A stretch of 64,000 bases of DNA from Eubacteriales bacterium (GTDB lineage: Bacteria > Bacillota > Clostridia > Oscillospirales > CAG-382), in contig JAZNIJ010000211.1 in the NCBI GenBank assembly GCA_045577455.1, positions 32,706-96,705 of the forward strand, in the 5' to 3' direction. Shown in pieces: positions 45,939 to 58,680 of the stretch (position 1 is its first letter; each line of letters starts with the position of its first letter). Position numbers and translations under genes: made by a program. Below the pieces are notes generated by a model that was not told where the DNA came from, searched no databases, and saw only the letters and a list, made by a program, of their open reading frames with translations.

Positions 45939-47024
45939 ATGTCAGACAGAGTTTTTAATTTTTCCGCGGGACCTTCCATGCTTCCATTAGATGTGCTTGA
46001 AAAAGCTTCTTCAGAGCTTTGTAACTATCACGGCTCGGGAATGAGCGTTATGGAAATGAGCCATCGTTCAGCAGTTTATGAAGAAATCATCAATTCCGCA
46101 GAAGCATCTTTAAGAAAGCTCATGAATATCCCCGATAACTATAAGGTTCTTTTTCTTCAGGGCGGTGCAACCGCACAGTTTGCGGCAATCGCAATGAATT
46201 TCATGACAAAGAACGGAAAAGCAGATTATATCGTTTCCGGTCAGTTCTCCAAAAAGGCAGCCGAAGAGGCAGCAAAGTACGGGGAAGTAAAAATCATAGC
46301 AAGCTCCAAGGATAAGAACTTTACATATGTTCCAAAGGTTGAAAGAAAAGATATATCTCCTGATGCGGACTATGTACACATTTGTTACAACAACACAATT
46401 TTCGGAACAGTTTATAACTATGTTCCTGATACAGGTGATATCCCCCTTATTGCAGATATGTCTTCCGGAATTCTTTCGCGCCCAATTGATGTAAGCAAGT
46501 ATGCTGTAATCTATGCCGGTGCTCAGAAGAACATTGGCCCTGCAGGTGTTACACTCGTTATCGTAAGAGAGGATATGCTTGGCCGTGCCGCCGCAAATAC
46601 ACCCGTTATTCTCAACTATACTGTTCAAGCAGAAAACGGTTCTATGTATAACACACCTCCTACATACGGAATTTACTTTGCAGGTCTTGTTTTTGACCGT
46701 CTCCTTGAAAATGGCGGACTTGAAGAAATGGAAAAGATAAATGTTGCAAAGGCAAACATCCTTTACGATTATCTTGATTCCTCCAAGATGTTCAAAGCAA
46801 CTGCTGAAAAAGAACATCGTTCTCTTATGAATGCTTGCTTTGTAACAGGTGATGCAGATTTGGATAAGAAATTCTGTTCAGCCGCTGCTGCTGCCGGATT
46901 TGTTAACCTTAAAGGACACAGGTCAGTTGGCGGTATGAGAGCTTCCATTTATAATGCAATGCCAACAGAGGGCGTTGAAAAGCTCGTTGAGTTTATGAAA
47001 GCGTTTGAAAAAGAAAACGCATAA
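45939..47024 (+). CDS. serC: Phosphoserine aminotransferase
   Basis: 361 aa. Motifs FNFSAGPSMLP, MSHRS and GAQKNIGPAG (PLP lysine). Confidence 0.93.
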   Translation: MSDRVFNFSAGPSMLPLDVLEKASSELCNYHGSGMSVMEMSHRSAVYEEIINSAEASLRKLMNIPDNYKVLFLQGGATAQFAAIAMNFMTKNGKADYIVSGQFSKKAAEEAAKYGEVKIIASSKDKNFTYVPKVERKDISPDADYVHICYNNTIFGTVYNYVPDTGDIPLIADMSSGILSRPIDVSKYAVIYAGAQKNIGPAGVTLVIVREDMLGRAAANTPVILNYTVQAENGSMYNTPPTYGIYFAGLVFDRLLENGGLEEMEKINVAKANILYDYLDSSKMFKATAEKEHRSLMNACFVTGDADLDKKFCSAAAAAGFVNLKGHRSVGGMRASIYNAMPTEGVEKLVEFMKAFEKENA

Positions 47025-47038
47025 CAGCGGAGGGAAAA

Positions 47039-48199
47039 ATGAAAAATATAAAGCTGCTCAATAAAATAAGCAAATTTGGAACAGATAAATTCTGCTCTGC
47101 AAAATATAATGTTTCGGAAACCATTGAAGCTCCTGATGCAATTATGGTTCGCTCGGCAGCGATGCACGATATGGAGTTTGGAAAAGAACTTCTTGCAATT
47201 GCCCGTTGTGGCGCAGGCGTTAACAACATTCCTTACGACAGATGTGCGGATGAAGGCATCGTTGTTTTTAATACTCCCGGAGCTAACGCAAACGGTGTTA
47301 AAGAGCTTGCAATTGCTTCATTACTTCTCGCTTCTCGTGATATCGTTGGCGGCATCGAATGGGCAAACAGTCTTGCAGGCACCGAAGATGTTGCGAAGGC
47401 AGTTGAAAAAGGAAAATCTGCTTTTGTAGGGCCTGAGCTTAAAGGCAAAACTTTGGGTGTTATCGGTTTGGGCGCAATTGGTGGAATGGTTGCAAATGCA
47501 GCTGCATCCCTCGGAATGAATGTTCTCGGATGCGACCCTTATATGACGGTTGATTCCGCATGGCGTCTTTCTTCCGATGTTAAAAAGGCAGAAACTTTTG
47601 AGGCGGTTTACGCTGAAAGTGATTATATTTCCATTCATGTTCCTGCAACTCCAAAAACAAAGGGAATGATAAATGCAGCTTCTATGGCAATTATGAAGGA
47701 TGGTGTGAGAATCATCAACCTTTCAAGAGCAGACCTCGTTAATATCAACGATATGAAAGCAGCTCTTGAATCAGGTAAGGTTGCAAGATATGTTACCGAT
47801 TTCCCCAATAACGAAACAATTGGCGTTAAAGGAATCGTTGCAACTCCTCATTTGGGTGCTTCCACTCCTGAATCTGAAGATAACTGTGCAATTATGGCTG
47901 CAGAGGAGCTTATCGATTTTATCGAAAATGGAAACATCAGACATAGCGTGAACTATCCCGATGCCGTACTTGCTAAAAGCGGTGAAAAGAGAATTATTGT
48001 TCTCCATGAAAATGTTCCCAATACCATAAACGGAATTACAGGAATAGTTGGTAAAGATGGAATCAACATCGAAGGCATGATAAATGCTTCTAAAAACACA
48101 AAAGCATGTACTTTGATTGATACGAATTCCGATATTACCGAACAAATAATTGCTGATATTTCTGCAATTGAAGGCGTTATAAGAGTAAGAGTTATTTAA
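47039..48199 (+). CDS. serA: D-3-phosphoglycerate dehydrogenase
   Basis: 386 aa. 2-hydroxyacid dehydrogenase fold (GVIGLGAIGGMVA, TPHLGAST) with a C-terminal ACT-like domain. Adjacent to serC. Confidence 0.85.
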   Translation: MKNIKLLNKISKFGTDKFCSAKYNVSETIEAPDAIMVRSAAMHDMEFGKELLAIARCGAGVNNIPYDRCADEGIVVFNTPGANANGVKELAIASLLLASRDIVGGIEWANSLAGTEDVAKAVEKGKSAFVGPELKGKTLGVIGLGAIGGMVANAAASLGMNVLGCDPYMTVDSAWRLSSDVKKAETFEAVYAESDYISIHVPATPKTKGMINAASMAIMKDGVRIINLSRADLVNINDMKAALESGKVARYVTDFPNNETIGVKGIVATPHLGASTPESEDNCAIMAAEELIDFIENGNIRHSVNYPDAVLAKSGEKRIIVLHENVPNTINGITGIVGKDGINIEGMINASKNTKACTLIDTNSDITEQIIADISAIEGVIRVRVI

Positions 48200-48206
48200 T
48201 AAAATT

Positions 48207-48238
48207 GGCGGTGAGTTCTTTTTTCACCGCCTTTTTAT
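48207..48238 (+). terminator. Rho-independent terminator
   Basis: GGCGGTGA-9 nt-TCACCGCC followed by TTTTTAT. Confidence 0.8.
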
Positions 48239-48296
48239 AAAAATGATTTTAATAAAAAAATAACATTAAAATCGAAAAATATATAACCTGATAATT

Positions 48297-49136
48297 ATGA
48301 AGATAAATAAAATGAAAATTTCGGTTTCGTCATATAGCTTCAGCCAGCTTTTGAAAAGCGGAGAATATAACCAGCTTACGGTTATTCCTCTTGCCGCAGA
48401 GCTTGGGTTTGAAGGTATTGAGTTTACAGATCTTGAGCCGCCACAGGGAATTTCAGAAAACGAATTTGCTGTTTTGATAAAAGAAGAAGCGAAGCGAGTT
48501 GGTATTGAAATTGTTTCATATACTGTTGGTGCAAATCTTCTTGCGGAAGACAGTGAGGCGGAAATCAAGCGTCTTTTCGGTAAGGTTGATACGGCGGAGA
48601 TTCTTGGTGCAAAGCTCTTGCGCCATGATGCGTATTTTGGTTTTCCCCAAAATGCTCCCAAAGGTGCAGACTTTGAATATTACCTTAAAAAAACAGCGGA
48701 TGGTTTCAGGAGAGTAACTGAATACGCCGAGAAAAAGGAGATAAAGACTTGCACGGAGAATCATGGACTTATTTGCCAAGCGCCTGAGAGGGTGAAAGCA
48801 ATCATTGAGGCGGTTAATCATAAAAACTTTGGCTGGCTTCTTGATATCGGAAATTTTCTTTGCGTTGATTATGACCCATTGAAAGCGGTTAAAATCGGAG
48901 CAGAATACGCTTTCCATGTTCATGCAAAGGATTTTAATCTCAGAGAGGGTAAAAGAGGAATTGAGGCAATAATGGGGGCAAGAATAGGAAAAGGCGTTGT
49001 TCCTGTGAAAGATTGCCTTGAGGTTATTTTCAAAAGTGGCTATAATGGTTTTGTTTGTGTTGAATATGAAGGAAGCGAACCTACCGTTAGTGCCTTAAAG
49101 GAAAGTATAGAATTCCTGAAAGAAATGAAATTTTAA
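48297..49136 (+). CDS. Sugar phosphate isomerase/epimerase (xylose isomerase-like TIM barrel)
   Basis: 279 aa. General family pattern (GFEGIEF..., ENH, HVHAKD, VEYEG). Confidence 0.75.
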   Translation: MKINKMKISVSSYSFSQLLKSGEYNQLTVIPLAAELGFEGIEFTDLEPPQGISENEFAVLIKEEAKRVGIEIVSYTVGANLLAEDSEAEIKRLFGKVDTAEILGAKLLRHDAYFGFPQNAPKGADFEYYLKKTADGFRRVTEYAEKKEIKTCTENHGLICQAPERVKAIIEAVNHKNFGWLLDIGNFLCVDYDPLKAVKIGAEYAFHVHAKDFNLREGKRGIEAIMGARIGKGVVPVKDCLEVIFKSGYNGFVCVEYEGSEPTVSALKESIEFLKEMKF

Positions 49137-49162
49137 AATTAAAAAATATTTGAGGTATTGTT

Positions 49163-50221
49163 ATGGAAAAAATTAAGGTTGGTGTAATTGGCGTTGGTGG
49201 TATCTCCGGTGTTCATATTGATGCGTACAAGAAGAACCCCAATGTTGAGCTTTGCGCATTTTGTGATATTGATGAAGACAGAGTAAAAAGAAAAGCAGAG
49301 CACCATGGCGTTAAAGGCGTATATACAGATGTAAACGAAATGCTGGCAAAGGAAGAGCTTGATGCAGTTAGCGTTTGCACATGGAACAGTGCCCACGCTG
49401 AATGTGCTATTGCAGCTCTTAAAGCGGGAAAACACGTTCTTTGCGAAAAGCCAATGGCGATGAATGTTGAACAGGCACTTGAAATGGAAAAAGCTGCTAA
49501 AGAAAGCGGAAAGCTCTTGATGGTTGGCTTTGTTCGCCGTTACGGAAATGATATGAGAATTCTTAAGGATTATATAGATAACGACTATTTCGGTGAGCTT
49601 TACTATGCAAAGGCAACATATCTCCGCAGAAACGGAAACCCAGGCGGTTGGTTTGGTGATTCTTCCCGTTCAGGTGGCGGACCTCTTATCGACTTGGGAG
49701 TTCATGTTATTGACTTTGTAAGATATGCTTTTGGAAATCCTAAGCCCGTATCTGTTTACGGCGTTACTTTCAAAAAGCTGGGCAACCGCCCCGATGTAAA
49801 GGGATTCAGCGGATATGCCTCCGAAAGCAAGGGAGAAAATGATATCTGTGATGTTGAAGATATGGCTTCTGTTTTAATTCGTTTTGACAACGGAGCGGCA
49901 CTTAATATAGAAACGAGCTTCACCCTTAACTTGAAAGACGATGAAGGCAAAATTCAGCTTTTCGGAACAAAAGCAGGTGCTTGCATCAATCCTGAACTTG
50001 AACTTTACACTAATATCAATGGCTATATGACAGATGTTAAATTTAAAACACAAACTGCACTTTCATTTGGCGGATTGTTTGAAGGTGAAATAAACCATTT
50101 TGTTGATTGTATTCTTGGCAAAGCAGAATGTATAAGCCCTGCAGAAGATGGCGTTGAGCTTATGAGAATTCTTTCTGCCGCATATGAATCTGCAAGAACA
50201 GGACACGAAGTGATTTTATAA
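49163..50221 (+). CDS. Gfo/Idh/MocA family oxidoreductase
   Basis: 352 aa. N-terminal Rossmann motif KVGVIGVGGISGVH and the EKP motif (VLCEKPMA). Confidence 0.85.
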   Translation: MEKIKVGVIGVGGISGVHIDAYKKNPNVELCAFCDIDEDRVKRKAEHHGVKGVYTDVNEMLAKEELDAVSVCTWNSAHAECAIAALKAGKHVLCEKPMAMNVEQALEMEKAAKESGKLLMVGFVRRYGNDMRILKDYIDNDYFGELYYAKATYLRRNGNPGGWFGDSSRSGGGPLIDLGVHVIDFVRYAFGNPKPVSVYGVTFKKLGNRPDVKGFSGYASESKGENDICDVEDMASVLIRFDNGAALNIETSFTLNLKDDEGKIQLFGTKAGACINPELELYTNINGYMTDVKFKTQTALSFGGLFEGEINHFVDCILGKAECISPAEDGVELMRILSAAYESARTGHEVIL

Positions 50222-50257
50222 TAAATGAATATAAACTTCGTAAGATGAGTTTTTATG

Positions 50258-50290
50258 GCGTGGCGGTTTAATAACTGCCACGCTGTTTTG
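50258..50290 (+). terminator. Rho-independent terminator
   Basis: GCGTGGC...GCCACGC stem followed by TGTTTTG. Confidence 0.65.
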
Positions 50291-50364
50291 CATTAAAGGG
50301 AGGCAAAACAACGAAACTTAATAAAACGTTTACAAAATATACCTTATTTTTACCTTGTTTGGTA

Positions 50365-50393
50365 TTGACAAACTCGGAAAAGTATGGTAACAT
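50365..50393 (+). promoter_or_regulatory. Candidate promoter for rpoB-rpoC
   Basis: TTGACA (50365-50370), 17-nt spacer, TGgTAACAT (-10 at 50388-50393), giving a ~270-nt leader. Confidence 0.5.
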
Positions 50394-50668
50394 ATCATGC
50401 TGAGCTTGCCATCGAGTTTGATGGGCAAAAAAACGGGTAAAAGCAAGGAAAAACATGCAAAAAAGAGCCGATTTTAAGGATTAACAGCTGTAAAACGGCA
50501 ACAACTATGTTTTTAAAATTATTTTCTAAAAATTTTAATATTTTAAAAGCCAATGGGTTGAAATTTTTGCTGTTTTGCGTGCGTAGAAAAAACTTGTCTT
50601 TTGCAAGAAAGAAAGAAGTTCCGTTTGGGCGAGAGCTTTGTGACAATAACGAAGGAGTGATTGTGTAA

Positions 50669-53600
50669 ATGGTTAAAAGCTGTAAGTTGGGCAGAAATGA
50701 AAGAATGTCATTTTCAAAGCATGAAGAAGTGCTTGAAATGCCGGATCTTATAGAGATTCAAAAAAAGTCCTTCAAAGAGTTTATCGAAAAGGGAATAAGA
50801 GAGGTTCTTGAAGATGTTTCTCCGATGACGGATTATTCGGGGAATCTTATCATTGAATTCTATGATTATTCTTTGAGCGATACTCCCAGATTTTCCGTTG
50901 AAGAATGTAAGGAAAGAGATGTAGACTATTCTGTGCGTTTCACAGTTAAAGCGCGTCTCATCAATAAGGCAACAGGTCATATTATTAACCAAAATGAAAT
51001 CTTCATGGGTAATTTCCCAATGATGACGGATGGCGGTACATTTATTATCAACGGTGCAGAAAGAGTTATCGTTTCTCAGATAGTTCGTTCACCCGGTGCA
51101 TATTATGAAAGCACCAGCGACAAAAACGGTAAAGAGCTGTTCTCTGCAACCATCATTCCTTACAGAGGAGCATGGCTTGAATATGAAACTGATGCATCCG
51201 ATGTATTTTATGTAAGAATAGATAAAAACAGAAAGCTCCCTGTAACTGTTCTTCTCAGGGCTTTTGGCCTTGGCGAGGACGAGCAGATTTACGAGCTTTT
51301 CGGAAAAGAAGAAAAGCTGGTCAGAACAGCTGAAAAAGATGTTTCGGTTTCCGAATCCTTGAAATACAGAACTTCACCCTCTGACGAGGCGTTGAAGGAA
51401 ATATATAAAAAGCTCCGTCCGGGAGACCCTCCAATAGTTGAGAGCGCCCAGGTACTTTTGAATAACCTTTTCTTTGATACGAAGCGCTATGAAATATCTT
51501 CTGTAGGTAGATATAAGTTCAATAAGAAGTTGGGTCTTGCAAAGCGTATTGTTGGACTTACTCTTTCAGAACCTGCAGTTTCACCAATAACAGGTGAAGT
51601 TGTTGCTATGCCTGGCAGCAAGCTCACAAGAGAAGAAGCGGAGCTTATTGAAGATAGCGGCATTTGGAGAGTTGTTGTAGATACAGAAGACGAAGAAGGT
51701 ATCGTTGTTTTCTCTAACAAAACTGTTGATGCTGAAAAAATTTGTGGAATATCCAATGAAGAATTGGGCATTTCCGAAAAAGTTAGCTTAGACCCATTTA
51801 TGGAAATCCTTTCAACGGTTGGAACATCCAATGTTGAAGAATTAAGAAGTGCTATCAGAGAAAGATATGATGACCTCGTTGCAAAGCATATCACTCTTGA
51901 TGATATTTTTGCTTCTATTAACTATATGCTTAACTTAAGCCATGGTGTTGGAAACTGTGATGATATAGACCACCTTGGCAATAGAAGACTCCGTTCTGTT
52001 GGCGAGTTATTGCTCAACCAGCTCAGAATCGGTTTCTCAAGAATGGACAGAAATGTTAAGGATAAAATGAATGTTCAGAACATGGAATCCGTAACAGTTC
52101 AGTCTCTTATCAATACAAGACCAATTTCTGCCGCAATAAGAAATTTCTTTGGTTCGTCTCCTCTTTCTCAGTTTATGGATCAGACAAACCCATTGGCAGA
52201 GTTAACTCATAAGCGTCGTTTGTCTGCATTGGGTCCCGGTGGCTTGAGCAGAGACAGAGCATCCTTTGAGGTTCGAGACGTTCACTACACCCATTACGGC
52301 CGTATGTGTCCTATCGAAACCCCTGAAGGTCCTAACATTGGTCTTATTTCCTACCTTTCAACATATGCAAAGGTAAACAAGTTCGGATTTATCGAAGCTC
52401 CTTACAGAGTTGTTAAAGACGGAATTGTTACAAAAGAGATAAAATATCTCACAGCAGACGAAGAAGACGATTGCGTTGTTGCAACAGCGGACGAAATGAT
52501 CGATGAAAACGGCAACTTCATCAATAAGAGAGTTGTTTGCCGTCATAGAGACTTCATTGGCGAATTTGAGCCACAAGAAGTTGATATGATGGACGTTTCT
52601 GCAAAGATGGTTGTTTCCGTTGCAACTGCAATGATTCCATTCCTTGAAAATGACGATAACTCCAGAGCACTTATGGGTTCTAACATGCAGAAGCAGGCAG
52701 TTCCGCTTATGATAACAGAATCCCCTATAGTTGCAACTGGTATGGAATATAAAGCTGCAAAGGATTCTTGGGTAATGATTCACGCTGTTAAAGATGGTGT
52801 AGTTGAATCCGTTACCGCAGACAGAGTTATCACTCGTGCTGAAGATGGCACAAAGAATGTTTATAAACTCACAAAGTTCAAGCGTTCAAATCAGGGTACT
52901 TGTGTGAACCAGAGACCTGTTGTTAAGAAGGGTGAAATGGTTAAGGTTGGTGACCTTATCGCAGACGGACCTTCAACCTCCAACGGTGAAGTTTCTCTCG
53001 GTAAAAACGTTCTCATTGGCTTTATGACATGGGAAGGTTATAACTATGAAGACGCTGTTCTTCTTAATGAACGCCTTGTTAGAGATGATGTATATACCTC
53101 AATACATATTGAGGAGTATATGTGTGAATCAAGAGACACCAAATTAGGACCCGAAGAAATCACAAGAGATATTCCTAATGTTGGTGATGCAGTTCTTGAA
53201 AACTTGGATGAAAACGGAATTATCCGTATAGGCGCAGAGGTTCGTTCAGGCGATATCCTTGTTGGTAAGGTAACTCCAAAGGGAGAAACAGAGCTTACTC
53301 CCGATGAAAGACTCCTCAGAGCTATTTTTGGTGAAAAGGCAAGAGATGTAAGAGATACATCCCTTAAACTTCCTCATGGTGAACAGGGTATCGTTCTTGA
53401 TGTTAAAGAATTCTCAAGAGACGATTGCGATGTACTTCAACCTGGTGTTATCAAGGTTGTAAGAGTATATATTGCTCAGAAGCGTAAGATTTCCGTTGGA
53501 GACAAAATGGCTGGTCGTCACGGAAATAAGGGTGTTATTTCAAGAATACTTCCGTCTGAAGATATGCCTTTCCTTCCTGACGGAACACCTCTCGATATCG

Positions 53601-54385
53601 TTCTTAACCCACTTGGCGTTCCTTCCCGTATGAACATCGGACAGGTTCTCGAAGTTCATCTTGGTATAGCCGCAAAGAAATTGGGCTGGAAAGTTATGAC
53701 ACCTGTATTTGACGGTGCAAACGAGAGAGATATTGCAGAATGTCTCAGAATGGCGGGTCTCCGTGATGACGGTAAAACAATCCTTTATGACGGTAGAACG
53801 GGTGAGCCATTTGATAACCCTGTAACAGTTGGTTATGTTTACTTCCTTAAGCTCCATCACTTGGTTGATGATAAGATTCACGCAAGATCAACGGGTCCAT
53901 ATTCACTTGTAACACAGCAGCCATTGGGCGGTAAAGCACAGTTTGGTGGTCAGCGTTTCGGTGAAATGGAAGTTTGGGCATTGGAAGCATACGGTGCTGC
54001 ATATACATTGCAGGAAATTCTTACAGTTAAATCCGATGATATCAAAGGCCGTCTTAAGGCATTCCAGGCAATCGTTGAGGGCAGAAACATTCCTAAACCA
54101 GGTGTTCCTGCATCCTTCAAGGTTCTTGTTAAGGAATTGCAGTCTCTTGGTCTTGATATCAGGGTATTTGATAAAGACGATGTTGAAATAGATCTTAAAG
54201 ACTATTCCGACGAAAATGAGAGTCCTATCAACAAGAGCGAAGAATTTGATGACGCTTTGTTGGGCGAGGGCGTTATGGATGGCGATTTTGACGGAATGCA
54301 GGATGTTGACCAAGACAGCGATCTTTCCGACGAAAGCGAAAGCTATTCCGCAGAAGATGAATCATTCGATTCTGATAATTATTGA
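50669..54385 (+). CDS. rpoB: DNA-directed RNA polymerase subunit beta
   Basis: 1238 aa, unmistakable ([37 protein letters not shown]). Ends in an acidic D/E/S tail. Confidence 0.98.
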   Translation: MVKSCKLGRNERMSFSKHEEVLEMPDLIEIQKKSFKEFIEKGIREVLEDVSPMTDYSGNLIIEFYDYSLSDTPRFSVEECKERDVDYSVRFTVKARLINKATGHIINQNEIFMGNFPMMTDGGTFIINGAERVIVSQIVRSPGAYYESTSDKNGKELFSATIIPYRGAWLEYETDASDVFYVRIDKNRKLPVTVLLRAFGLGEDEQIYELFGKEEKLVRTAEKDVSVSESLKYRTSPSDEALKEIYKKLRPGDPPIVESAQVLLNNLFFDTKRYEISSVGRYKFNKKLGLAKRIVGLTLSEPAVSPITGEVVAMPGSKLTREEAELIEDSGIWRVVVDTEDEEGIVVFSNKTVDAEKICGISNEELGISEKVSLDPFMEILSTVGTSNVEELRSAIRERYDDLVAKHITLDDIFASINYMLNLSHGVGNCDDIDHLGNRRLRSVGELLLNQLRIGFSRMDRNVKDKMNVQNMESVTVQSLINTRPISAAIRNFFGSSPLSQFMDQTNPLAELTHKRRLSALGPGGLSRDRASFEVRDVHYTHYGRMCPIETPEGPNIGLISYLSTYAKVNKFGFIEAPYRVVKDGIVTKEIKYLTADEEDDCVVATADEMIDENGNFINKRVVCRHRDFIGEFEPQEVDMMDVSAKMVVSVATAMIPFLENDDNSRALMGSNMQKQAVPLMITESPIVATGMEYKAAKDSWVMIHAVKDGVVESVTADRVITRAEDGTKNVYKLTKFKRSNQGTCVNQRPVVKKGEMVKVGDLIADGPSTSNGEVSLGKNVLIGFMTWEGYNYEDAVLLNERLVRDDVYTSIHIEEYMCESRDTKLGPEEITRDIPNVGDAVLENLDENGIIRIGAEVRSGDILVGKVTPKGETELTPDERLLRAIFGEKARDVRDTSLKLPHGEQGIVLDVKEFSRDDCDVLQPGVIKVVRVYIAQKRKISVGDKMAGRHGNKGVISRILPSEDMPFLPDGTPLDIVLNPLGVPSRMNIGQVLEVHLGIAAKKLGWKVMTPVFDGANERDIAECLRMAGLRDDGKTILYDGRTGEPFDNPVTVGYVYFLKLHHLVDDKIHARSTGPYSLVTQQPLGGKAQFGGQRFGEMEVWALEAYGAAYTLQEILTVKSDDIKGRLKAFQAIVEGRNIPKPGVPASFKVLVKELQSLGLDIRVFDKDDVEIDLKDYSDENESPINKSEEFDDALLGEGVMDGDFDGMQDVDQDSDLSDESESYSAEDESFDSDNY

Positions 54386-54404
54386 TATAAGGAGGTAGTG
54401 ACAC

Positions 54405-57400
54405 ATGGAAAATCAAGCCGTAGAATTTGAGTCGATTCAAATAGGTCTTGCCTCTCCTGAAAAAATACTTAGCTGGTCATACGGTGAAGTAAAAAAACCT
54501 GAAACCATAAACTACAGGAGCTTGAAGCCCGAAAAAGATGGTCTTTTCTGTGAGAGAATCTTTGGGCCTCAGAAGGATTGGGAATGTAGCTGTGGTAAGT
54601 ATAAGAGAGTCCACGAAAAGGGACAGGTTTGCGAAAAATGTGGTGTTGAAATCACAACGAATAAAGTAAGACGCGAAAGAATGGGCCATGTGGTGCTTGC
54701 GGCTCCCGTATCCCACTTCTGGTACTTCAGAGCAATCCCTTCAAGATTGGGTTTAATGCTCGATTTATCGCCAAAGAATCTTGAAAAAGTTCTTTATTTC
54801 GCAAGCTATATAGTGCTTGATCCGGGTCCTGTTGAATCTTTAAAGAAGAAACAGATTTTGACCGAAGCACAGTATAAAGAGTATCTTGAAAGATACGAAG
54901 ACGATTTCAGGGTAGGTATCGGTGCAGAAGCAATTAAAGAGCTTTTGCAGGAAATTGACCTTGAAGAATTGGCAACATTCCTTAAAAATGAGCTTGTAAC
55001 AGCTCAGGGTCAGAAAAAGGCAAAGTATGTAAAGCGCCTTGAGGTTGTTGAGGCATTCCGTGTTTCGGGAAATAAGCCCGAATGGATGATTCTGGATGTG
55101 CTTCCAGTTATTCCTCCTGAAATCAGACCAATGGTTCAGCTCGATGGTGGCCGTTTTGCAACAAGCGACCTTAACGACCTTTATAGACGAGTTATCAACA
55201 GAAATAACCGTTTAAAGAAACTTATGGAGCTTCGCGCACCTGATATAATTATCAGAAACGAAAAGCGTATGCTTCAGGAAGCTGTAGACTCCCTTATCGA
55301 TAACGGTAAGCGTAGCCGTGCAGTTATTGGTGCTAATACAAGACCCCTTAAATCTCTGTCAGAAATGCTCAGGGGTAAGCAGGGACGATTCAGACAGAAC
55401 CTTTTGGGTAAGCGTGTTGACTATTCCGGCCGTTCAGTTATCGTTGTTGGCCCAGAGCTTAAAATATATCAGTGCGGACTTCCCAAAGAAATGGCTTTGG
55501 AGCTTTTCAAGCCATTCGTAATGAAAACTCTCGTTGCATCGGGTGTTGCTAAAAACATAAAGGATGCCAAAAAGAGAGTAGAGCGTGCAACCGATGAGGT
55601 TTGGGACGCACTCGACGGAGTAATCAAAGAGCATCCCGTTCTTTTGAACAGAGCTCCAACGCTCCATAGACTTTCGATTCAGGCATTCGAGCCCGTTTTG
55701 GTTGAAGGTAGAGCAATTAAGCTCCATCCACTGGTATGTACTGCATTTAACGCCGACTTTGATGGTGACCAGATGCCTGTACACGTTCCCCTTTCTGTTG
55801 AAGCACAAGCAGAAGCAAGATTCCTTATGCTTTCTGCAAACAACCTTCTTAAGCCCGTAAACGGAAAAGCTGTAACAATTCCTTCTCAGGATATGGTTCT
55901 CGGTTCATTCTATCTCACAATGGAAAAACCGGGTGAAATTGGCGAAGGAAGTATCTTCAGAAACTTTGAAGAAGCTCAAATGGCATATCAGAACGGTGAT
56001 TTGGGACTCCACGCTCCAATAACCGTAAGAATGACCAGAGAAGTAAGGGGCGAACAGAAAGAAGGCCTTGTTAAATCCACATTGGGAAGACTTATCTTCA
56101 ATAGCTATATCCCTCAGGATATCGGATTTGTAGATAGAAACGACCCTGAAAATGATTTTGTTCCTGAAATAGATTTCGTAACAACAAGCTCAGAGCTTGG
56201 ACAGATAATAGACCGCTGTATAAGAGTTCACGGAACCGCAAAGACTTGCGAAGTTCTCGATATGATGAAGTCCATGGGCTTCAAATACTCAACAAGAGCA
56301 GCTATTACAATTTCTATTTACGATATGACCATTCCTCCCGAAAAGCAAGCTCTTATTGCTGAATCCGAGGAAAAGGTTGAAAAGATTAACCAATTCTTCC
56401 GCAAGGGCTTGCTTTCAGATGATGAAAGAAGCAAGCGTGTTGTTGATGAATGGAGCGCTTGTACAAACAGAGTAACAGATGCTCTTAAGCGCAATCTTGA
56501 TAAATACAATCCTCTTAACCTCATGTCAACATCAGGCGCCAGAGGTAGTATAAAACAGATAAGACAGCTTGCCGGTATGCGTGGACTTATGTTTGCAGCA
56601 ACAGGTAAGACAATCGAAATGCCAATTAAGGCAAACTTCCGTGAGGGTATGAAAGTTCTTGAATACTTTATCGCAGCCCGTGGTGCTCGTAAGGGTCTCG
56701 CCGATACCGCTTTGAGAACTGCTGACTCAGGATACCTTACAAGGAGACTTGTTGATGTATCTCAGGAAGTTATCATCAGAGAATGCGACTGTGGAGACGA
56801 TAGAGGTCTCGTAGTTCGTAAGATTGTAGACGTTGTTGGTGAGGGTAAAGAGGCAGTAATCGAGCCATTCATCAACAGACTTATTGGACGATACACTGTT
56901 GGCAATGTTTGTAATCCTACAACAGGCGAAGTTATCGTTCCTCATAACTCTCTTATTAAAGAATCCGATGCAATGGCAATTATCGCTGCAGGCATTGAAG
57001 AAGTTAGAATCCGTTCAGTTATTAACTGTAGAGCACAACGCGGAATTTGTGTACATTGCTATGGTGCTGACCTTGCAACAGGTCTCCCTGTAAGTATTGG
57101 CGAATCGGTAGGTATCATTGCAGCACAGTCCATCGGTGAACCTGGTACACAGCTCACCATGAGAACATTCCATACCGGTGGTGTTGCAGGAAGCGATATT
57201 ACACAGGGTCTCCCCCGTGTTGAAGAAATTTTTGAAGCTCGCAGACCCAAGAAGGCGGCAGAGCTTGCTGAAATTAACGGCATCGTAAGAATTGAAGAAG
57301 GCAAGAGAAGCAAACAAATCACAATAATTAACGATGAAGATGGAACAGCGGCAACTGTTGCAATTCCCGGCGCCGCAAGAATTCTTGTTAAAGATGGTGA

Positions 57401-57998
57401 TAAAGTTGTTAAGTGTCAGAAACTTACTGAAGGCACAGAAACTCCTGCAGATATTCTTCGTATAAGCGGACTTGATGCAGTTTACGAGTATATTATCAAA
57501 GAAATTCAAAGCGTGTACGGTTTACAGGGCGTTGAAATCAATGATAAGCATATCGAAGTTATTGCTCGTCAGATGACAAAGAGAGTCAAAATTGAAAGCG
57601 CAGGCGACACAGAGCTCCTTGTTGGTGCATCTGTTGATTGTGCTGAGGTTCTTGCAGCAAACGAAGAAATTAAGAAAAAGAATGAAAGCGGTGAATACGA
57701 AGTTCCACTTCAGTATGCAACATATTCACCAATGCTCCTTGGTATAACTAAGGCATCACTTTCAACTGAAAGCTTCCTTTCTGCTGCATCCTTCCAGGAA
57801 ACAACAAAGGTTCTCACAGAAGCTGCTATTAAAGGTAAGCGTGATCCCCTTGTTGGCTTGAAAGAAAATGTTATTATCGGTAAGTTGATTCCTGCAGGTA
57901 CAGGTATGAAACATTATAACCGTGTTGACATTGTGAACAACGAAACAGAAGAAATCAGCGCGTATGACCTTCATTATGACCAGGTGTCCGAAGGTTAA
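54405..57998 (+). CDS. rpoC: DNA-directed RNA polymerase subunit beta'
   Basis: 1197 aa. Zn-finger CSCGKY...CEKCGVE and the catalytic NADFDGDQM motif. Confidence 0.98.
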   Translation: MENQAVEFESIQIGLASPEKILSWSYGEVKKPETINYRSLKPEKDGLFCERIFGPQKDWECSCGKYKRVHEKGQVCEKCGVEITTNKVRRERMGHVVLAAPVSHFWYFRAIPSRLGLMLDLSPKNLEKVLYFASYIVLDPGPVESLKKKQILTEAQYKEYLERYEDDFRVGIGAEAIKELLQEIDLEELATFLKNELVTAQGQKKAKYVKRLEVVEAFRVSGNKPEWMILDVLPVIPPEIRPMVQLDGGRFATSDLNDLYRRVINRNNRLKKLMELRAPDIIIRNEKRMLQEAVDSLIDNGKRSRAVIGANTRPLKSLSEMLRGKQGRFRQNLLGKRVDYSGRSVIVVGPELKIYQCGLPKEMALELFKPFVMKTLVASGVAKNIKDAKKRVERATDEVWDALDGVIKEHPVLLNRAPTLHRLSIQAFEPVLVEGRAIKLHPLVCTAFNADFDGDQMPVHVPLSVEAQAEARFLMLSANNLLKPVNGKAVTIPSQDMVLGSFYLTMEKPGEIGEGSIFRNFEEAQMAYQNGDLGLHAPITVRMTREVRGEQKEGLVKSTLGRLIFNSYIPQDIGFVDRNDPENDFVPEIDFVTTSSELGQIIDRCIRVHGTAKTCEVLDMMKSMGFKYSTRAAITISIYDMTIPPEKQALIAESEEKVEKINQFFRKGLLSDDERSKRVVDEWSACTNRVTDALKRNLDKYNPLNLMSTSGARGSIKQIRQLAGMRGLMFAATGKTIEMPIKANFREGMKVLEYFIAARGARKGLADTALRTADSGYLTRRLVDVSQEVIIRECDCGDDRGLVVRKIVDVVGEGKEAVIEPFINRLIGRYTVGNVCNPTTGEVIVPHNSLIKESDAMAIIAAGIEEVRIRSVINCRAQRGICVHCYGADLATGLPVSIGESVGIIAAQSIGEPGTQLTMRTFHTGGVAGSDITQGLPRVEEIFEARRPKKAAELAEINGIVRIEEGKRSKQITIINDEDGTAATVAIPGAARILVKDGDKVVKCQKLTEGTETPADILRISGLDAVYEYIIKEIQSVYGLQGVEINDKHIEVIARQMTKRVKIESAGDTELLVGASVDCAEVLAANEEIKKKNESGEYEVPLQYATYSPMLLGITKASLSTESFLSAASFQETTKVLTEAAIKGKRDPLVGLKENVIIGKLIPAGTGMKHYNRVDIVNNETEEISAYDLHYDQVSEG

Positions 57999-58053
57999 GA
58001 AAAAGTTATAATAAAAGATAAAGTTATTATAACATTAACTGTGTTATCGAGCT

Positions 58054-58080
58054 TGAAACAGGGCTAAATCCCCTGTTTCA
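58054..58080 (+). other. 10-bp-stem hairpin between rpoC and rpsL
   Basis: TGAAACAGGG-ctaaatc-CCCTGTTTCA. No U-tract follows, so it may be a partial terminator or a processing site. Confidence 0.5.
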
Positions 58081-58118
58081 GGCGGGATATAAAAAATAAT
58101 AAAGAAAGGAGAGATATT

Positions 58119-58532
58119 GTGCCTACATTTAACCAGCTCGTAAGACAAGGAAGAAAGCAGTCGGTGTGGAAATCCAAGTCCCCTGTTCTTCAAAAGACTT
58201 ACAACTCACTTCAAAAGGTTTTGGTTGATCTTCCATCACCTCAGAAGAGAGGCGTTTGTACAAAGGTTGCTATTAAGACACCTAAAAAGCCAAACTCTGC
58301 ACAGCGTAAAATCGCAAGAGTAAGACTTACAAACGGTCTTGAAGTTACAGCTTATATCCCTGGAATCGGTCACAACCTTCAGGAACACTCTGTTGTACTC
58401 ATCAGAGGCGGAAGAGTTAAGGACCTCCCTGGTGTTCGTTACCACATCATCCGCGGCACTCTTGACACCAACGGTGTTGCCAAGAGAAATCAGTCACGTT
58501 CCAAATACGGTGCCAAGAGACCAAAGGCATAA
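58119..58532 (+). CDS. rpsL: 30S ribosomal protein S12
   Basis: [12 protein letters not shown]...KKPNSAQRK...[21 protein letters not shown] start after GGAGAG. Confidence 0.97.
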   Translation: MPTFNQLVRQGRKQSVWKSKSPVLQKTYNSLQKVLVDLPSPQKRGVCTKVAIKTPKKPNSAQRKIARVRLTNGLEVTAYIPGIGHNLQEHSVVLIRGGRVKDLPGVRYHIIRGTLDTNGVAKRNQSRSKYGAKRPKA

Positions 58533-58680
58533 GATTTGGACAAAACCGAAATGGTATTTTTGTTCGTGCTAAGTAGGCAGATATCCTCATGAAATATAAG
58601 GATATATCCCGAAGCACTGACGGAAAGAAATTTTCGAGTACCTGAGAATTCATTTAAAATTTGTGAAGGAGGGAAGTAAA

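Noticed and set aside
46110-46817. 235-aa ORF antisense to serC.
   Set aside because: It is a shadow ORF inside a well-supported gene. Similar antisense ORFs at 28738-29457 (in the P-type ATPase) and 32725-33393 (in the LRR gene) are rejected for the same reason.
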